The notes under the pieces were generated by a model that saw nothing but the letters and a program-made list of their open reading frames with translations, was not told the origin of the DNA and made no database searches. Positions 23,784-33,668 of a stretch of DNA of 64,000 nucleotides are shown piece by piece. The number at the start of each line of letters is the position of its first letter. The stretch's first letter is position 1. Source of the stretch: Alphaproteobacteria bacterium (GTDB taxonomy: Bacteria > Pseudomonadota > Alphaproteobacteria > UBA828). The position numbers were made by a program, and so were the translations under genes. The DNA is taken from contig CBDEFM010000002.1 of the NCBI GenBank assembly GCA_965237415.1, positions 416,001 through 480,000 of the forward strand. Direction: 5' to 3'.

Positions 23784-25511
23784 ATGACCCAGAAGCCCGA
23801 CGTCGACATGGTCACCATGTCGATCATCGATTCCACCATGACCGCGGTCTGCCGCGAGATGGGTATCGTGCTGATGAAGACGTCGTATTCGACGATCTTC
23901 AACGAGGCGCTGGACTTCACCTGCGCGCTCGCGAGCCCCGAGGGCGAGATGATCGCGCAGGCGGAATATTGCCCCTCGATGATCGGCGGCGTGCCTCTGC
24001 TGGTGCGAAGCTGCGTCAAGGAGATTCCGCTGGAGACCCTCGAGCCCGGCGACGTAATCTGCCACAACGACCCCTACCGCGGTGGCCTGCATTGCCCCGA
24101 GCACACGCTGATCAAGCCGGTCTTCGTCGATGACGAAATCATGGGCTTCGCCATGACCATCGGCCATCTGCAGGAGATCGGCGGCATGGTGCCGGGCGCC
24201 TTCGCGGGTGAGGCGACCGAGATTTTCCAGGAAGGAATGCGTGTACCCCCGGTCAAGATCATGAGCCGCGGCGAAGACGTGGAGGAGGTGTGGAAGCTGC
24301 TCCTCGCGAACGTCCGCACCCCCCGCTACAACTACGGCGACCTGCGGGCGCTGATCGCGGGCGTGGACGTGGGCGAGCGCGGCCTCGCGAAGATGATCCG
24401 CAAGTATGGCAAGGAGCAGTTCCGCCGCAACGTGCACGACCTGATGGACTACTCCGAGAGCCGCATGCGCGCGGAAATCGGCGCCATCACGGACGGTGTC
24501 TACCGCTTCCAGGACGAGGTCGAGGACGACGGTATCGAGAACAAGCCCTATACGATCAAGGTGGCCGTCCACGTTCAGGGCGACGAGGTGGTCATCGATT
24601 ATTCGGGCACCTCGCCGCAGGCGCGGGGCCCGATCAACGCGACCCTCGGCGTCTCTTACTCCGCTGCCTACAACGGCATCCTGCAGGTCACCGACGAGAC
24701 CATCCCGAAGAACTCGGGCTGTTTCCGCCCGATCCGCGTGGTCTCGCCGCCCGGCACCTTGCTCAACGTCGACTATCCGGGGCCCGAGGTCGGCGGCAAC
24801 ACCGAGACCCACTGCAAGATCGCGGGCGCCGTGATCGGCGCGCTCTCGCCAGTGTTGCCGGATCGCACGATGGCGGCCGAGGGCGCGACGCACACCAACT
24901 TCGTCTTCGGCGGCACCGATCCCGATTCCGGCGAGCAATTCGTCTGCTACGCCATCGAGCTTTCGGGCTGGGGCGGGCGCAACTTCGCCGACGGTAACGA
25001 CGCCACCGATTCGATCAACGGCAACTGCCGCGTCGTGCCGGTCGAGGTGTTCGAGACCCGCTTCCCGTTCCGCACCGAATCCTACATCCTGGTTCAGGAT
25101 TCCGGCGGCGCCGGCGAGAATCGCGGCGGGCTCAGCACGCAGCGCACGCTCAAGAGCCTGGACCTCGAGATCACGGGCAGCCAGATGTCGGACCGCCACC
25201 GCAACCGGCCGTGGGGGCTTTATGGTGGCCAGCCCGGCGGCCTCGCCGGCACCTGGCACCAGTCCGCCAACACCACCACCTGGCTCATGATGGACGAAGC
25301 TTTCGGCAAGGCCAGTCCCAGCAAGTGGAGCAATGTCCGCATCCGCCCGGGCGATTCGATCCGCTTCCAGACTCCCGGCGGCGGCGGCTGGGGCGACCCC
25401 CGCAAGCGCACGCGGGAGCAGGTGATCGAAGACCTCGCCGAGGGCTATATCTCCCCCGCCTCGGCGCGGGAGCATTACGGCCTCGACGGCGCCGCCGAAG
25501 CGGCGGAGTAG
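23784..25511 (+). CDS. Hydantoinase/oxoprolinase subunit B (HyuB-like)
   Basis: TSYSTIFNEALDF, NDPYRGGLH, EIFQEG, PVEVFE, TPGGGGWGDP. Confidence 0.9.
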   Translation: MTQKPDVDMVTMSIIDSTMTAVCREMGIVLMKTSYSTIFNEALDFTCALASPEGEMIAQAEYCPSMIGGVPLLVRSCVKEIPLETLEPGDVICHNDPYRGGLHCPEHTLIKPVFVDDEIMGFAMTIGHLQEIGGMVPGAFAGEATEIFQEGMRVPPVKIMSRGEDVEEVWKLLLANVRTPRYNYGDLRALIAGVDVGERGLAKMIRKYGKEQFRRNVHDLMDYSESRMRAEIGAITDGVYRFQDEVEDDGIENKPYTIKVAVHVQGDEVVIDYSGTSPQARGPINATLGVSYSAAYNGILQVTDETIPKNSGCFRPIRVVSPPGTLLNVDYPGPEVGGNTETHCKIAGAVIGALSPVLPDRTMAAEGATHTNFVFGGTDPDSGEQFVCYAIELSGWGGRNFADGNDATDSINGNCRVVPVEVFETRFPFRTESYILVQDSGGAGENRGGLSTQRTLKSLDLEITGSQMSDRHRNRPWGLYGGQPGGLAGTWHQSANTTTWLMMDEAFGKASPSKWSNVRIRPGDSIRFQTPGGGGWGDPRKRTREQVIEDLAEGYISPASAREHYGLDGAAEAAE

Positions 25512-25528
25512 GGCGCTGCCCTAAGTAC

Positions 25529-25622
25529 CGTCATGCCCGGACTTGTTCCGGGCATGACGTCGGACTGCTCCGTCGGTGGGTGAGCGGTTGCATGGATGGC
25601 CGGAACAAGTCCGGCCATGACG
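25529..25622. repeat. Alphaproteobacterial REP-like palindrome doublet
   Basis: CGTCATGCCCGGACTTGTTCCGGGCATGACG (25529-25559) and inverted partner ATGGATGGCCGGAACAAGTCCGGCCATGACG (to 25622), between convergent genes. Confidence 0.85.
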
Positions 25623-25683
25623 AGTTGGGAGCAGGGTACGAGCGGATAGAAGCGTCTCGATCGTGATGCCAGGAGGCGGGCGG

Positions 25684-26928
25684 TCACTTCCTGCGACGTT
25701 CGGCGACGAGGGCGTCGAGCCGGTCGAGTAGTGCTTCGCGGTCGGGCGCGAAGTCGTTCTCGATCCACCAGTCTTCGACGGTGCGCAGCAGATCGCCGAC
25801 CTCCGGCCCCTCCGGGATGCCACGCGCCATCACGTCGGCACCAGTGACGGGGAACGGCGGCGCTTGCCACGTCTCCGCGGTCTCAAGCATCGTTCGCCAG
25901 GCCGCTTCGTTCTCGTCCTTCGTCTCCGTGGCCCACGCCAAAAGTACGAGATCGCGGAAGCGCTCAGGGCCGAGCCGGTAAATCAGGCGTCGTTGGGCGT
26001 GGCCGTCGAGGTCGGGCACAAGCGCGAACTCTAGCGTGGTGAGCGCCGTGAGGCGCGCTGCGTCTGCGCCGGCGAGCCGCCAGCGGGCGGCGACATCGTG
26101 TGCGGCTTCGGCGTCAGCGATGAGAGCGCCGAGCCTCCGTATCGGATCGCCGTCGCCGACACTGCCCTCGATCGCGACGAGGCGGGCAAGGTGATTGGTC
26201 CCCTGCGCCTCTCCGAACAGTTGGGATAGCGCGCCGGCCTCCTGCATGGCGGCCAGCGCCGGTATGGGATCGGGAGCCGCTAGCAGCTTCAGCATCTCAC
26301 CCTGTACCCGCTCGCCCGAGAGTGATGGGATCGTGTGCGCCGCTTCTGCGCACGCGGCGAGCGCCGCCTCGTCAGGCGCGCCGTGCCCGTACCAGGCGTG
26401 GAAGCGGAAGAAGCGGAGCAGGCGCAGGTGGTCCTCGGCGATGCGCGTGGCAGGGTCGCCGACGAAGCGCACGCGCCCGGCTTTCAGGTCCTCTTGCCCG
26501 CCGAAATAGTCATGCAACACGCCATCCGGCGCGGCGCTCATGGCGTTGATGGTGAAATCACGGCGTGCCGCGTCCTCACGCCAGTCGTCGGTAAACGCGA
26601 CCTCGGCATGGCGGCCGTCGGTCCGCTCGTCGCGTCGGAGGGTGGTGATCTCGTAGCGGTTGCCGCCGACAACAGCGGTGACGGTGCCGTGCTCGATTGC
26701 GCGTGGAACGGTGCGGGTTTCGATGTCTGCGCGCCCGAGCAGTGCCATCACCCGCTCGGGCGGGTCGGGAGTGCCGATGTCGATATCGGCGCTCTCGCGC
26801 CCGAGCAACGCATCGCGCACGCATCCGCCCACGAAGCGGACGTCGGCGCCGTCGGCTGTGAGTGCCTTCACCACCGCGCGGGTGGCCGGCGCCGTCATCC
26901 AGGGTGCGCGTACGGTTCCTTCCCCCAA
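25684..26928 (-). CDS. cca: CCA tRNA nucleotidyltransferase
   Basis: FVGGCVRDALL, DIDI, TTLRRD..DGRHA, RRDFTINA, EDHLRLLRFFRF; start uncertain. Confidence 0.88.
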   Translation of the reverse strand: MGEGTVRAPWMTAPATRAVVKALTADGADVRFVGGCVRDALLGRESADIDIGTPDPPERVMALLGRADIETRTVPRAIEHGTVTAVVGGNRYEITTLRRDERTDGRHAEVAFTDDWREDAARRDFTINAMSAAPDGVLHDYFGGQEDLKAGRVRFVGDPATRIAEDHLRLLRFFRFHAWYGHGAPDEAALAACAEAAHTIPSLSGERVQGEMLKLLAAPDPIPALAAMQEAGALSQLFGEAQGTNHLARLVAIEGSVGDGDPIRRLGALIADAEAAHDVAARWRLAGADAARLTALTTLEFALVPDLDGHAQRRLIYRLGPERFRDLVLLAWATETKDENEAAWRTMLETAETWQAPPFPVTGADVMARGIPEGPEVGDLLRTVEDWWIENDFAPDREALLDRLDALVAERRRK

Positions 26929-26935
26929 CGGGTGC

Positions 26936-27214
26936 TCAGTCGACGACCTCACCGGGCACGATCTCGCCGTCCACGATGCTTGCCGGCACATAAGTGCCCT
27001 CGGGGTCGCCGCCGCTGATCATCGAAAGCGCCACCAGGCTCGCCGCCCCCAGCACGAGGCCGCTGCCGAGCAGCTTGACCCACGGCATCTTGCGTAACTG
27101 TGCCGCCGCACTGCTGCGGCTCAGCTGAAGCCGCCGCGTCAGGATGAGAAAGGCGAAGTAGAGGATCGTCGGCGCGAGCAGGATCAGGATGTGGACCAGG
27201 GTGGTTCTCAACAT
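26936..27214 (-). CDS. Small two-TM membrane protein (DUF6111-like)
   Basis: Two hydrophobic segments and C-terminal YVPASIVDGEIVPG; sits between the Nudix and cca genes. Confidence 0.7.
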   Translation of the reverse strand: MLRTTLVHILILLAPTILYFAFLILTRRLQLSRSSAAAQLRKMPWVKLLGSGLVLGAASLVALSMISGGDPEGTYVPASIVDGEIVPGEVVD

Positions 27215-27870
27215 GATGCGCGCACCACATCCCTGAAGTTGACGAGGATCGCCGCCGTAGCGCCCCAGATATGATACGCGCCATAGGGCAGGACGTAAAA
27301 ACGGCGCTCGACGCCGCCAATCGTCACCTTGTCGCGCCGATAGTTGGCCGGCTCCAGGACAAAGGTCAGCGGCACTTCGAAGACCTCGGCGACCTCGCGG
27401 GAATCCGCCTCGAAGTCGGGCGGCGCCGCGACGAATCCGACCACCGGCGTGATGCGGTAGCCGGTGCCCACCAGATAATCGTCCAGGCGGCCGACAATCC
27501 GGACGCTGGCTTGGGGCAGGCCGATTTCCTCTTCGGCTTCTCGGAGCGCCGTCTTCCGCGGGGTCGCGTCGCCGGGGTCGGCGCGGCCGCCGGGAAAGCT
27601 GATCTGGCCTGCGTGGCGCGCGAGCCGCTCGGCCCGTCTGGTGAGGAGAATCGAGAACGAGCCCTCCCGCTCGATGACGGCGACGAGCACGGCGGCGGGC
27701 GTAATGGGTTCCGAAGGCGGAAGGGTGCGGGCGGCTTCGCGAATATGCCGGAGCGAGCCCGGCACGCGAGCCGCGGGCGCCCGCTCCGCCGCCGCGATGA
27801 CCGCGTCCCATGGCTGATCCGGTGCGCCCGGCGCCTGCTGCGCCACGCCGCGCAGAATATCGGTATGCAT
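27208..27870 (-). CDS. CoA pyrophosphatase (Nudix, NudL-like)
   Basis: LLTRR..L..HAGQISFPGG, ALREAEEEIG Nudix box, IWGATA. Confidence 0.9.
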   Translation of the reverse strand: MHTDILRGVAQQAPGAPDQPWDAVIAAAERAPAARVPGSLRHIREAARTLPPSEPITPAAVLVAVIEREGSFSILLTRRAERLARHAGQISFPGGRADPGDATPRKTALREAEEEIGLPQASVRIVGRLDDYLVGTGYRITPVVGFVAAPPDFEADSREVAEVFEVPLTFVLEPANYRRDKVTIGGVERRFYVLPYGAYHIWGATAAILVNFRDVVRASC

Positions 27871-27880
27871 CGGTCGTTAC

Positions 27881-28399
27881 TTATGCCGCGTCGTCGAAGG
27901 GGAAGAACACGCCGTCGCTCCAGACGCCGAGCACCGGCCGGCCCTCGAGCTCCCGCTCGACGCAGAGCTCAACCAGCGGATAGAAGGCCGCGCGTGCCAC
28001 CCGTGCCTCCAGGCCGTCGCGAACGGTGAGATAGGGCGCCTTCTCGTCGGATTCCGGCAAGGAGCGAAAGGCGAGGGGGTGCGCGGCGCCCGCGCTCACC
28101 CACTCGTCCAGGTTGGTGCGGAAGCGCACGCATTGCGCCTGGCCTTCGCCTTCGGCCTCCATCTCTACGGCGATGAAGGGGACATCGTCCACAGTGATGC
28201 GTGCCTTCTCCACTGGCGTGACGAGCCAATAGTCGTCGTCCTCGCGCCTGAGCACGCTCGCGAAGAGTTTGACCAGGGGCAGGCGGCCGATGGGGCAGCC
28301 TTCATGGAACCAGGTGCCGTCGCCCGCGATGCGGATGTCGATGTCGCCGCAGAAGAGCTGCGGCGGACGTCCGGCGGCCGGTGCCTGCGATTCGCCCAT
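27881..28399 (-). CDS. DUF1285 family protein
   Basis: CGDIDIRIAGDGTWFHEG.PI.R..LVKLFASVL, LVTPVEK..I.VDDVPF. Confidence 0.85.
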   Translation of the reverse strand: MGESQAPAAGRPPQLFCGDIDIRIAGDGTWFHEGCPIGRLPLVKLFASVLRREDDDYWLVTPVEKARITVDDVPFIAVEMEAEGEGQAQCVRFRTNLDEWVSAGAAHPLAFRSLPESDEKAPYLTVRDGLEARVARAAFYPLVELCVERELEGRPVLGVWSDGVFFPFDDAA

Positions 28400-28457
28400 G
28401 GGCGCAGTATAGCCAAGCGGTTGTACGAGGGCGTCATGGTGAATGCCGATAGAGAAC

Positions 28458-28487
28458 GGGCCGCGCCCGCAAATACGGACGCGGCCC
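28458..28487 (-). terminator. Probable intrinsic terminator of the aco operon
   Basis: Minus-strand hairpin GGGCCGCGTCCGTA-TT-TGCGGGCGCGGCCC followed by GTTCTCT, just after acoC; weak U tail. Confidence 0.55.
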
Positions 28488-28514
28488 ACGAACCGAACAG
28501 GACGCCGCGAATCG

Positions 28515-29624
28515 TCAGCCGACGTGTTCGTCGATCAGGCGGTTCACCTCGGTGGCGGCTTCCATCTGTACCATGTGGCCCTGGCCGTCCAGCACCGTGC
28601 AGTCGACGCCGTCCGGCAGGCCCTCGGCGTGGGAGGCAGGAATGATCTGGTCCCCGGCACCCCAGAGGACGAGCGTCGGCACGCTGCCGGCCACATCGCG
28701 CATTACTTCGGCTTGCGTACCGCCGGGCGCGAAGGCATCCCGGATGGTGCCGAGCGCGGCGGTGACGCCATCGATCCGCTTGAAGGCGAGCAGGTCGTTG
28801 ATCAACTGGCGGGTGACGAGTGCCGGATCGCTGAACAGCTTCTCGACGTGGGGCTTGAGGCCCTTCCGCCGCTCGGCCGAGATGAATCCCTCCAGATAAT
28901 CCCCGTCGATTTCGCTGCCGAGACCGGCGCTGCCGATCAAGGTGATGGAGGCAACGCGCGCCGGCGCCGACTTCGCCACGGCAAGGGCGATGGCGCCGCC
29001 CATGGAGTGGCCCACGAGATGAGCCTTCTCGATCCCCAGGGCATCGGCGAAGCCGGTGACGATGCCAGTGAAGAAGCCGATCGAGCCGTCGCCCGCATCC
29101 TTGCTGGAGCTGCCGTGCCCCGGCAGGTCGAGGGCGTGAACCGTCCGCGTCGCGGCAAGCGCCTCGTGGTTGAACAGCCAGTTGTTGAGGTCGCCGCCGA
29201 AGCCGTGGATCAGGATGACCGGCGTGCCGCCTTCGCCCCGCGTGAGGTAGCGGATCTGCCGCCCGTCGATTTCCACCGTCTCGGTGGCGGGGCCGCTGTC
29301 CTCGTCATCGTCCTCGGGCGGCACGAAGTTGGCCAGAAAGTCGGTGACGAAGGCGTCGATGTCGGCGTCGGCGATGCTCTCATCGGCGACGATGCCGAGC
29401 AGGCCGCCGACCGGCAGCACGTCGCCCTCCTGAGCGACGCAGCGCCGGAGCACGCAGGCGTCCGCCGCTTCGACCGCGCTGGATATCTTCTCGGTCTCGA
29501 TATCGACGATCTCATCGCCCTGCGCGAGCGAATCGCCTTCGCCCACAAGCCATCCGGCGACCTTCCCCTCCTTCATGGAGAGGCCCCATTTGGGCATGCA
29601 AATGGGGCGGATGCCTTCGCTCAT
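28515..29624 (-). CDS. acoC: Acetoin dehydrogenase E2 component (lipoyl domain + alpha/beta hydrolase)
   Basis: MPKWGLSM, IETEKI lipoyl-Lys motif, HGFGGD, GHSMGG, GHMVQME. Confidence 0.88.
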   Translation of the reverse strand: MSEGIRPICMPKWGLSMKEGKVAGWLVGEGDSLAQGDEIVDIETEKISSAVEAADACVLRRCVAQEGDVLPVGGLLGIVADESIADADIDAFVTDFLANFVPPEDDDEDSGPATETVEIDGRQIRYLTRGEGGTPVILIHGFGGDLNNWLFNHEALAATRTVHALDLPGHGSSSKDAGDGSIGFFTGIVTGFADALGIEKAHLVGHSMGGAIALAVAKSAPARVASITLIGSAGLGSEIDGDYLEGFISAERRKGLKPHVEKLFSDPALVTRQLINDLLAFKRIDGVTAALGTIRDAFAPGGTQAEVMRDVAGSVPTLVLWGAGDQIIPASHAEGLPDGVDCTVLDGQGHMVQMEAATEVNRLIDEHVG

Positions 29625-30634
29625 TTGCTGGACTCCATGACCGCCTTCACGGCCTTCTGCACCGCCGCTGCGTCGGGGATGTAGAGATCCTCGAGCGTGT
29701 CCGCGAAGGGCACCGGCGTATGCGGGGCGGTCACCTGCTTGATCGGTCCCTTGAGGGAATGGAAGGCCTTCTCGCAGATCATCGCCGCGATATCGGTGGC
29801 CATGTTGCAGCGCGGGTGGGCCTCGTCGAGCACCACCAGGCGGCCGGTGTTCTCCACCGACTCGATCACGGTGTCCTCGTCGAGCGGCGAGGTCGTGCGC
29901 AGGTCGACGACCTCGCACTCGATCCCGTCGTTGGCGAGCGCGTTCGCCGCCTCGATCGCGACGTGGACCATGCGGCCGAGGGTCACGATGGAGACATCGT
30001 CGCCTTCGCGCACGATGTTGGCCTCACCGAAGGGGAGCGCGTAGGGCTCCTCCGGCACGTCGCCTTCGAGAGTGTAAAGCGCCTTGTGCTCGCAGAAGAT
30101 CACCGGGTCGTTGTCGCGGATTGCCTGGATCAGCAGCCCCTTGGCGTCATAAGGCGTCGCCGGGGTCACGACCTTGAGCCCGGGGATGTGGGTGAAGACC
30201 GGATAGAGGCACTGCGAATGCTGGGCGGCTGCACGCAGCCCGGCACCGTACATGGTGCGGATCACCACCGGCGTCTCCGCCTTGCCGCCGAACATGTAAC
30301 GGAACTTCGCCGCCTGGTTGAAGATTTGGTCGAAGCAGACGCCCATGAAATCGATGAACATCAGCTCCGCGACCGGGCGGAGACCTGCGGTTGCTGCGCC
30401 GACCGCGGCGCCGATGAATGCGGACTCGCTGATCGGGGTGTCCATGACCCGATCGCCGAACTTGCCGTAAAGCCCCTTGGTGATGCCGAGCGGTCCGCCC
30501 CAGGCGTCGCGCTCGCCATCCGTGCCGAGGCCGCCGGCCACGTCTTCGCCCATGATGATGACGGTCTCGTCACGCTCCATCTCCTGGGCGAGGGCCTCGT
30601 TGATTGCCTGTTGATATGTCGCTGTGCGTGCCAT
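29621..30634 (-). CDS. acoB: Acetoin dehydrogenase E1 beta subunit
   Basis: DAWGG, DTPISE, NQAAKFRYMFGG, AAAQHSQ. Confidence 0.88.
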   Translation of the reverse strand: MARTATYQQAINEALAQEMERDETVIIMGEDVAGGLGTDGERDAWGGPLGITKGLYGKFGDRVMDTPISESAFIGAAVGAATAGLRPVAELMFIDFMGVCFDQIFNQAAKFRYMFGGKAETPVVIRTMYGAGLRAAAQHSQCLYPVFTHIPGLKVVTPATPYDAKGLLIQAIRDNDPVIFCEHKALYTLEGDVPEEPYALPFGEANIVREGDDVSIVTLGRMVHVAIEAANALANDGIECEVVDLRTTSPLDEDTVIESVENTGRLVVLDEAHPRCNMATDIAAMICEKAFHSLKGPIKQVTAPHTPVPFADTLEDLYIPDAAAVQKAVKAVMESSK

Positions 30635-30649
30635 GAGTGCCTCCCGCGC

Positions 30650-31618
30650 TCAGTAGGAAACGTAGACGTCGGTAAGAAGATCGGCGGCGTTCGGCGGCGG
30701 CGCCACCTTGGCCTTGGCGACCGCGCCGTCGACCTGGGCCTCGGCCTCGCTGTCGATCGCGTCGAGCGCCGCGTCATCGAGCAGGCCGGCCCCCGTCACC
30801 TTCTCGCGGAACATCGCCAGGCAGTCCCGCGTCTCGCGCAGCTTCTTCACCTCGTCCGGGCCGCGATAGGTCTGCGCATCGCCCTCGAAGTGTCCGTAGT
30901 AGCGGTTGAGCTTGCATTCCAGCAGGCTCGGACCGCCGCCCTCGCGGGCCCGCTTGATGGCTTCGCCGGCGGCTTCGTGGACCGCAAAGAAGTCGTGCCC
31001 GTCGACCACAACACCCGGCATGTTGAAGCCACTGGCCCGGTCGGCGGCGTCGTCGCAGGCGATCGACCACTTCGACCCGGTGGATTCCGCATAGCCGTTG
31101 TTCTCGACCACGAAGACGCAGGGCAGGTTCCAGACCGAGGCGAGATTGAGGCTCTCGAAGGTGGTGCCCTGATTGAAGCCGCCGTCGCCGACGAAGGCGA
31201 TGGCGACGCCGCCGGTGCGGAGCTGCTTGGCGGCGAGGCCTGCACCGCAGATCAGCGGCGGGCCGCCGCCCACGATGCCGTTCGCGCCCATCATCCCCTT
31301 GTCGAGATCGGCGATGTGCATGGAGCCGCCCTTGCCGCCGCAGAGGCCGTCCCTGCGGCCGTAAATCTCCGCCATCATGCCGTCTATGTCGCAACCCTTG
31401 GCGATGCAGTGGCCGTGGCCGCGATGGGTGCTGGCGATGCGGTCGCGATCGTCGAGGTGCAGGCAGACGCCGACGCCGCTCGCCTCTTCACCGGCGTAGA
31501 GGTGCACGAAACCCGGGATGTCGCCGGTCGCGAACTCGATGTGGAGGCGCTCCTCGAATTCCCGAATCGTGCGCATGGTTCGATAGGCCGTCAACAATTT
31601 GTCTCTGCTGAGCTGCAT
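30650..31618 (-). CDS. acoA: Acetoin dehydrogenase E1 alpha subunit (TPP dependent)
   Basis: PGFVHLYAGEEA, STHRGHGH, GKGGSMH, GDG..NQG...ENN, GHFEGD. Confidence 0.88.
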   Translation of the reverse strand: MQLSRDKLLTAYRTMRTIREFEERLHIEFATGDIPGFVHLYAGEEASGVGVCLHLDDRDRIASTHRGHGHCIAKGCDIDGMMAEIYGRRDGLCGGKGGSMHIADLDKGMMGANGIVGGGPPLICGAGLAAKQLRTGGVAIAFVGDGGFNQGTTFESLNLASVWNLPCVFVVENNGYAESTGSKWSIACDDAADRASGFNMPGVVVDGHDFFAVHEAAGEAIKRAREGGGPSLLECKLNRYYGHFEGDAQTYRGPDEVKKLRETRDCLAMFREKVTGAGLLDDAALDAIDSEAEAQVDGAVAKAKVAPPPNAADLLTDVYVSY

Positions 31619-31657
31619 GCGAGTGGCTCCTCTTTGCCTGCGTGGTGGCGCTCGGTC

Positions 31658-32752
31658 CTAAAAGTAGGCGACGCCGGTGTTTATGTCGAAGACGTGCAAC
31701 TTGTCCACATCGAAGCCGATGCGGCAGGGATCGCCGGGCCCGCCCATGGGCCCGATCTTGGTTTTGACCATGACCCGGTCGCCGCCGATAGTGACTTCGA
31801 CGATCATGTCGCCGCCGAGCGGCTCGGTCACGAAGATCTCCCCCGGCACGTCCAGCGTGCCGTCGGCGCCCGCTTCGATCGCCAGATTGTCGGGGCGGAT
31901 GCCGATGCGCACATCCGCCTCCGCTCCGCCTGCCGCAAGCAGGCTGGCCTGGTGGTCGGAGAGCGCCAGCCGAAAGCCCGAGTGCACGACGGTGAGCCCG
32001 ACATTCGTCCGTTCCAGAGTGCAGTCGAGGAAGTTCATGGGCGGCTCGCCCACGAAGCCCGCCACGAACTCATTGGACGGCCGGTTGTAAATCTCCTCGG
32101 GCGTGCCGAGCTGCTGCAGCACGCCTTCATGCATCACCGCGATGCGATCCGCCATCGACATGCCCTCGAGCTGGTCGTGGGTGACGTAGACGGTGGTGGT
32201 CTCCAGGTCGCGTTGCAGGTGCTTGAGCTCGCCTCGCATGTGCGAGCGCAGCTTGGCGTCGAGGTGGGCGATCGGCTCGTCGAAGAGGAACACCTTGGGT
32301 TCGCGCACGATGGCGCGACCGATGGCGGTGCGCTGCTTCTGCCCGCCGCTGAGCTCCACAGGCTTGCGGTGGAGTAGGGGGTCGATCTCCAGAATCTCGG
32401 CGGCGCGGCGCACCCGGCGCTCGATCTCCTGCTTTGGCGTCCGCTGGAGCTTGAGCGGGTTCGCCATGTTCTCGTAGACGGTCTTGTGGGGATAGAGCGC
32501 GTAGTTCTCGAACACCATGGCGATGTCGCGGTCGCGCGGCGGCAGATCGTTTACCCGCACGTCGTCGAAGAAGACATCGCCGGAGGAGATGAACTCCAGC
32601 CCGGCGAGCATGCGAAGCGTCGACGACTTGCCGCAGCCCGAGGGGCCGAGAATGCACATGAACTCGTTGTTCCTGATCTCGAGATTGAGCTCTTTCACGG
32701 CAACGGTCTTGCCGTAATACTTCCACACATCCGAGATCGTAACCGTGGCCAT
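31658..32752 (-). CDS. Carbohydrate (CUT1) ABC transporter ATP-binding protein
   Basis: GPSGCGKS, LSGGQKQR, FDEP, VTHDQ, C-terminal TOBE-like region. Confidence 0.92.
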   Translation of the reverse strand: MATVTISDVWKYYGKTVAVKELNLEIRNNEFMCILGPSGCGKSSTLRMLAGLEFISSGDVFFDDVRVNDLPPRDRDIAMVFENYALYPHKTVYENMANPLKLQRTPKQEIERRVRRAAEILEIDPLLHRKPVELSGGQKQRTAIGRAIVREPKVFLFDEPIAHLDAKLRSHMRGELKHLQRDLETTTVYVTHDQLEGMSMADRIAVMHEGVLQQLGTPEEIYNRPSNEFVAGFVGEPPMNFLDCTLERTNVGLTVVHSGFRLALSDHQASLLAAGGAEADVRIGIRPDNLAIEAGADGTLDVPGEIFVTEPLGGDMIVEVTIGGDRVMVKTKIGPMGGPGDPCRIGFDVDKLHVFDINTGVAYF

Positions 32753-32789
32753 CAGTACCCCCAGACAGGCATTTGCTTAGGCTTCGGGT

Positions 32790-33668
32790 CTATTCCCTGA
32801 CCGCACCCATGGTGAGCCCGGCAACGAGATAGCGCCGGATCAGAAGACCGAGAAACATCATCGGCACCGTGGTCACGACGCCTGCGGCCATGATCATCCC
32901 CCACTGAATCTTGACCGGCTGGACCAGCTCGGCCGTCGCCACCGGCAGGGTCTTGGCGCCGCCCGAGCCGATGATCGACGCGAACAGAAAATCGTTCCAG
33001 CCGAAAAGCACGCAGAGCACGATGAACGCGCCGATCCCCGGCGCCACCAGCGGAATGATCAGCCTGAACGCCTGCCAACGGTTGCAGCCGTCGCACTGCG
33101 CCGCCTCTTCGATTGCATAGGGAACATTGTCGAAGAAGCCTTTGAGAATCCAGATGGCGAAGGGCAGGTTGAAGGTCGTGTAGGCGAGGATCAGGCCCGG
33201 CAGGGTGCCGACCAGACCCGACGAGCGGAAGATCACATAGAGCGGCACCATGACCGCCACGACCGGCGCCATGCGGGTGGAGATGATCCAGAAGAGGAGG
33301 TCCCGCTTGCCGCGAAACGTCGCTCTGGAGAGTGCGTAGGCCGCCATCGAGCCGAGCGACACCGAGACCGCCGCCGACCCGAACGATGCGATCAGGCTGT
33401 TGCGCAGGTAGACGCCGAAGTGCTTTTCGGTGAAGAGTTCGACGTAGTGTGTGCCGGTCGGCTGGAAGTCGAACATCACGCCGACCCCGCCGAAATCGCC
33501 GACCGCCGGCAGCCTGAACGCGTCCAGCAGGTCCTTGAAGGACGAAACCACCATGATCAACAGCGGCAGGGTGGTCCAGACGAAGAAGAAGACCAGAAAA
33601 ATGATCGCGAGCGCCTTCAGCGCGGTGCGCAGCGGCGACCGATAGGTGACGATCTCGCGCGATGCCAT
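32790..33668 (-). CDS. CUT1 ABC transporter permease
   Basis: EEAAQCDG EAA motif, WNDFLFA; start at ATG 33668. Confidence 0.9.
   Translation of the reverse strand: MASREIVTYRSPLRTALKALAIIFLVFFFVWTTLPLLIMVVSSFKDLLDAFRLPAVGDFGGVGVMFDFQPTGTHYVELFTEKHFGVYLRNSLIASFGSAAVSVSLGSMAAYALSRATFRGKRDLLFWIISTRMAPVVAVMVPLYVIFRSSGLVGTLPGLILAYTTFNLPFAIWILKGFFDNVPYAIEEAAQCDGCNRWQAFRLIIPLVAPGIGAFIVLCVLFGWNDFLFASIIGSGGAKTLPVATAELVQPVKIQWGMIMAAGVVTTVPMMFLGLLIRRYLVAGLTMGAVRE

Noticed and set aside
29720-32377. Very long antisense or alternate-frame ORFs (e.g. 885 aa here; also 3098-5104, 17785-20013, 57815-60106)
   Set aside because: Shadow ORFs expected from high-GC codon bias opposite well-supported genes; no recognisable motifs.
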